This document shows, in pieces, positions 61,905 through 64,000 of a stretch of DNA of 64,000 nucleotides. The notes beneath the pieces are model-generated. The model ran no database searches and had not been told where the DNA came from. It saw only the letters and a program-made list of their open reading frames with translations. Source of the stretch: Azolla caroliniana (lineage: Eukaryota > Plantae > Polypodiophyta); NCBI GenBank assembly GCA_043228905.1, contig JBHGNT010000017.1, positions 15,004,001-15,068,000 on the forward strand. Direction: 5' to 3'. Every line of letters begins with the position of its first letter. Within the stretch, counting starts at the first letter, position 1. Both the position numbers and the translations under genes were made by a program.

Positions 61905-64000
61905 AGAGGGTTGTCAAGGCGTGGGGCCGCGACAGTCCGGACACTCCGGGAAAACCCCACAAATGTACGATAGAGGCGAAACCGAAGAAACCTTGTACCA
62001 TAAGTAGGAAGTTTTGTTTCTCCGACAACGGAGGGTGTACGATAGTCGGCGTCGTTGGCCGAGAAAAGACAAGGGCGGAAGAGCGACTTCGGGCGTGCGG
62101 AGTTCTCGGGCCCAGCGAGGAAATCAACGGAGCCGTGGAGGCGGTCTCCTTCGACGATACCTTGGGAATACTGCGAGAGGTGGTCAGAGAGGGCCCTAAA
62201 GAGGACCGGACGATACCGGTTTGTTTAGAAGAGATGTACGAAGTCATCGCGGACTTCAGTTGAGAGCTCGAGTCGGATCGGACGGCCCGGGTTAACACGA
62301 AGTACAAGACTGTGGACTGGAAGGTAAGGCCAGTCGCGGCACCCTTACCGGAGGGTAGCGAGTTGCGAATCAAGGGGGTCGCGTCGGACCCCAGTTTACG
62401 TGATCCGGCTTGCATAGGACACACCTTCACCGACAGAACGCTACGGGAGCTCAAAATCGGTGGGGGCGGGTTCCTACTGCCAGCGGAAGAAGAGTGGTTT
62501 CGGAGAATGCTCGGAAGGCACAGGAAAGCCTTCGCATTCTCACCAGGAGAGATCAGGTGCGTAGACCCGACAGTCGTGAAGCCGATGGTGATATTCACGG
62601 TACCACATGTGCCGTGGAATCTCAAACCAATTCCGGTACCGAGAGCTCACATCCCGAAGCTGATGGAGTTGTTGAGGCAGAAAATCGATATGGGCATCCT
62701 CGAACCGTCGAGTGCCCCGTACTCGAACCGGTGGTTTACCGTACCGAAGAAGAACGGGACGTTGCGCTTCATTCAAGACCTGCAACCGGTCAACAGAGTG
62801 ACCATTCGGAACGCAGGAATCAGACCAACGATAGACGAGTTCGCGGAGGCCTTCGCCGGAAGGTCGATCTACTCGATCGGTGATCTGTACTTGGGGTACG
62901 ATTAGTTCCAACTAGCCATAGAGAGCAGAGACATTACAACGATGCGGACTCCTCTCGACCTAGTGCGGATGTGTACCCTGCCACAAGGAGGGACGAACTC
63001 GGTGGCCCACATGGTGAATGCGATGAACAACGTGCTGAGGGATTGTATCCCGGACGTCACCATGCCATTCTTGGACGATATCCCGATCAAGGGATGTCCG
63101 GTGGAAGACAAGGACGAAACGATTGGACCGGACGGATGCCGGAAATTCGTGGAGACACACATTGACGACTGCGAGAGGGTGCTGCAGAGGCTAGAGGACG
63201 CGAGGCTCACCTTCTACGGGGAGAAATCGGCCTTCGGGCAATCAGAGATCATGGTCGTCGGACATCTATGCGGACCATATGGCCGGAAACCGTCTCCGGC
63301 TAAGGTGGAAGCCATCTCCGCAATGAAGCCCGACTGTAACTCGGTCAGAGAGGTACGGAGGTTCTTGGGAGCATGCGTGTTCTACCACATATGGATCCCG
63401 CATTACGCCCACGTTGCCGAGCCGCTATACGGGTTGCTGAAAAGGGGGCGAAAATTCGAGTGGCGAGACGAGCATGCGGAGTCGGTCCGGAAGATGAAGG
63501 AAGCTCTTGCTGCAACTCCGGCACTCCGGAAGGCTGTCTACGAGAAAGGCACTCCCATCTACATAACGGTAGATACAAGTCCGACCGGAATCGGATGGGT
63601 CGTCAACCAAGAAGATGAGGACGGCATTCGGTTCCCAATCCGGTTCAGCGCGAAGGTCCTCAGCGAGCGACAGCGAGGATACGCCCAGGTTAAACGCGAA
63701 CTCTGGGGTATCGTTTCGGCGGTGAAGGCCGATAAAGACCATCTGATCAGGACAGAGGTGATTATCGAGACGGACTACCTGCCGATTCTCGGCATGGTTT
63801 CCAGATGCGCAACCCCGGACTTGGCAATGCTCAGGTGGATAGCGTAGATCAAGTCCCTGGATCCGGAAATACGACACATTTCCGGGAAAGACAATGCCAT
63901 GGCCGACATGCTTTGGAGGGCGCGATTCGACGACAAGGGAGGCATGGTTTCGGAGGACGAGGAAGTCGGCGTAGACTTCTTCGAGGCGGCCTACGTAACA
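61895..64000 (+). pseudogene. Gypsy pol (RT and RNase H), running off the window
   Basis: KYKTVDWKVRPV, FTVPKKNGTLRFIQDLQPVN, LPQGGTNS, FLDDI, VDTSPTGIG, YAQVKREL, GKDNAMADML. Confidence 0.92.

Noticed and set aside
60264-62625. Long antisense ORFs over the gypsy gag-pol
   Set aside because: Expected shadow frames in GC-rich coding DNA; no independent motifs.

Overview
This is a eukaryotic, heterochromatin-type window, most likely from a non-seed land plant (inferred from the mix of RTE/RTEX-like LINEs, Tcn1-like chromovirus, tRNA-Trp-primed Ty3/gypsy and many C>T-type nonsense codons). No intact host gene, rRNA, true tRNA or CRISPR array is supported. Almost all of it is nested, decayed transposons: a hAT element (3839-9546, 8-bp TSD) holding two LINEs and a sister hAT MITE, then a Ty1/copia stack at least five layers deep (copia A > copia B > copia C > DNA transposon > solo LTR), then further copia and gypsy elements. 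Three things stand out. (1) Three direct-repeat copies of a minimal type I hammerhead ribozyme with a palindromic stem III (34661-37761), resembling a Penelope-like or retrozyme-like repeat with no reverse transcriptase. (2) A 10.6-kb Sola2-type DDD transposon (22272-32884; GGG..CCC ends, 25-bp TIRs, 4-bp TSD) carrying RING-finger and FCP1/HAD-like cargo ORFs plus arrays of the palindrome TAGCTAATTAGCTA. (3) Several candidate RNA signals in the retroelements: a G_GAT_TTT -1 frameshift site, a hairpin enclosing the copia PPT, and a covarying LINE 3' stem-loop. All family assignments come from motif recognition by eye, with no database searches; coordinates not anchored by TSDs or termini are approximate.
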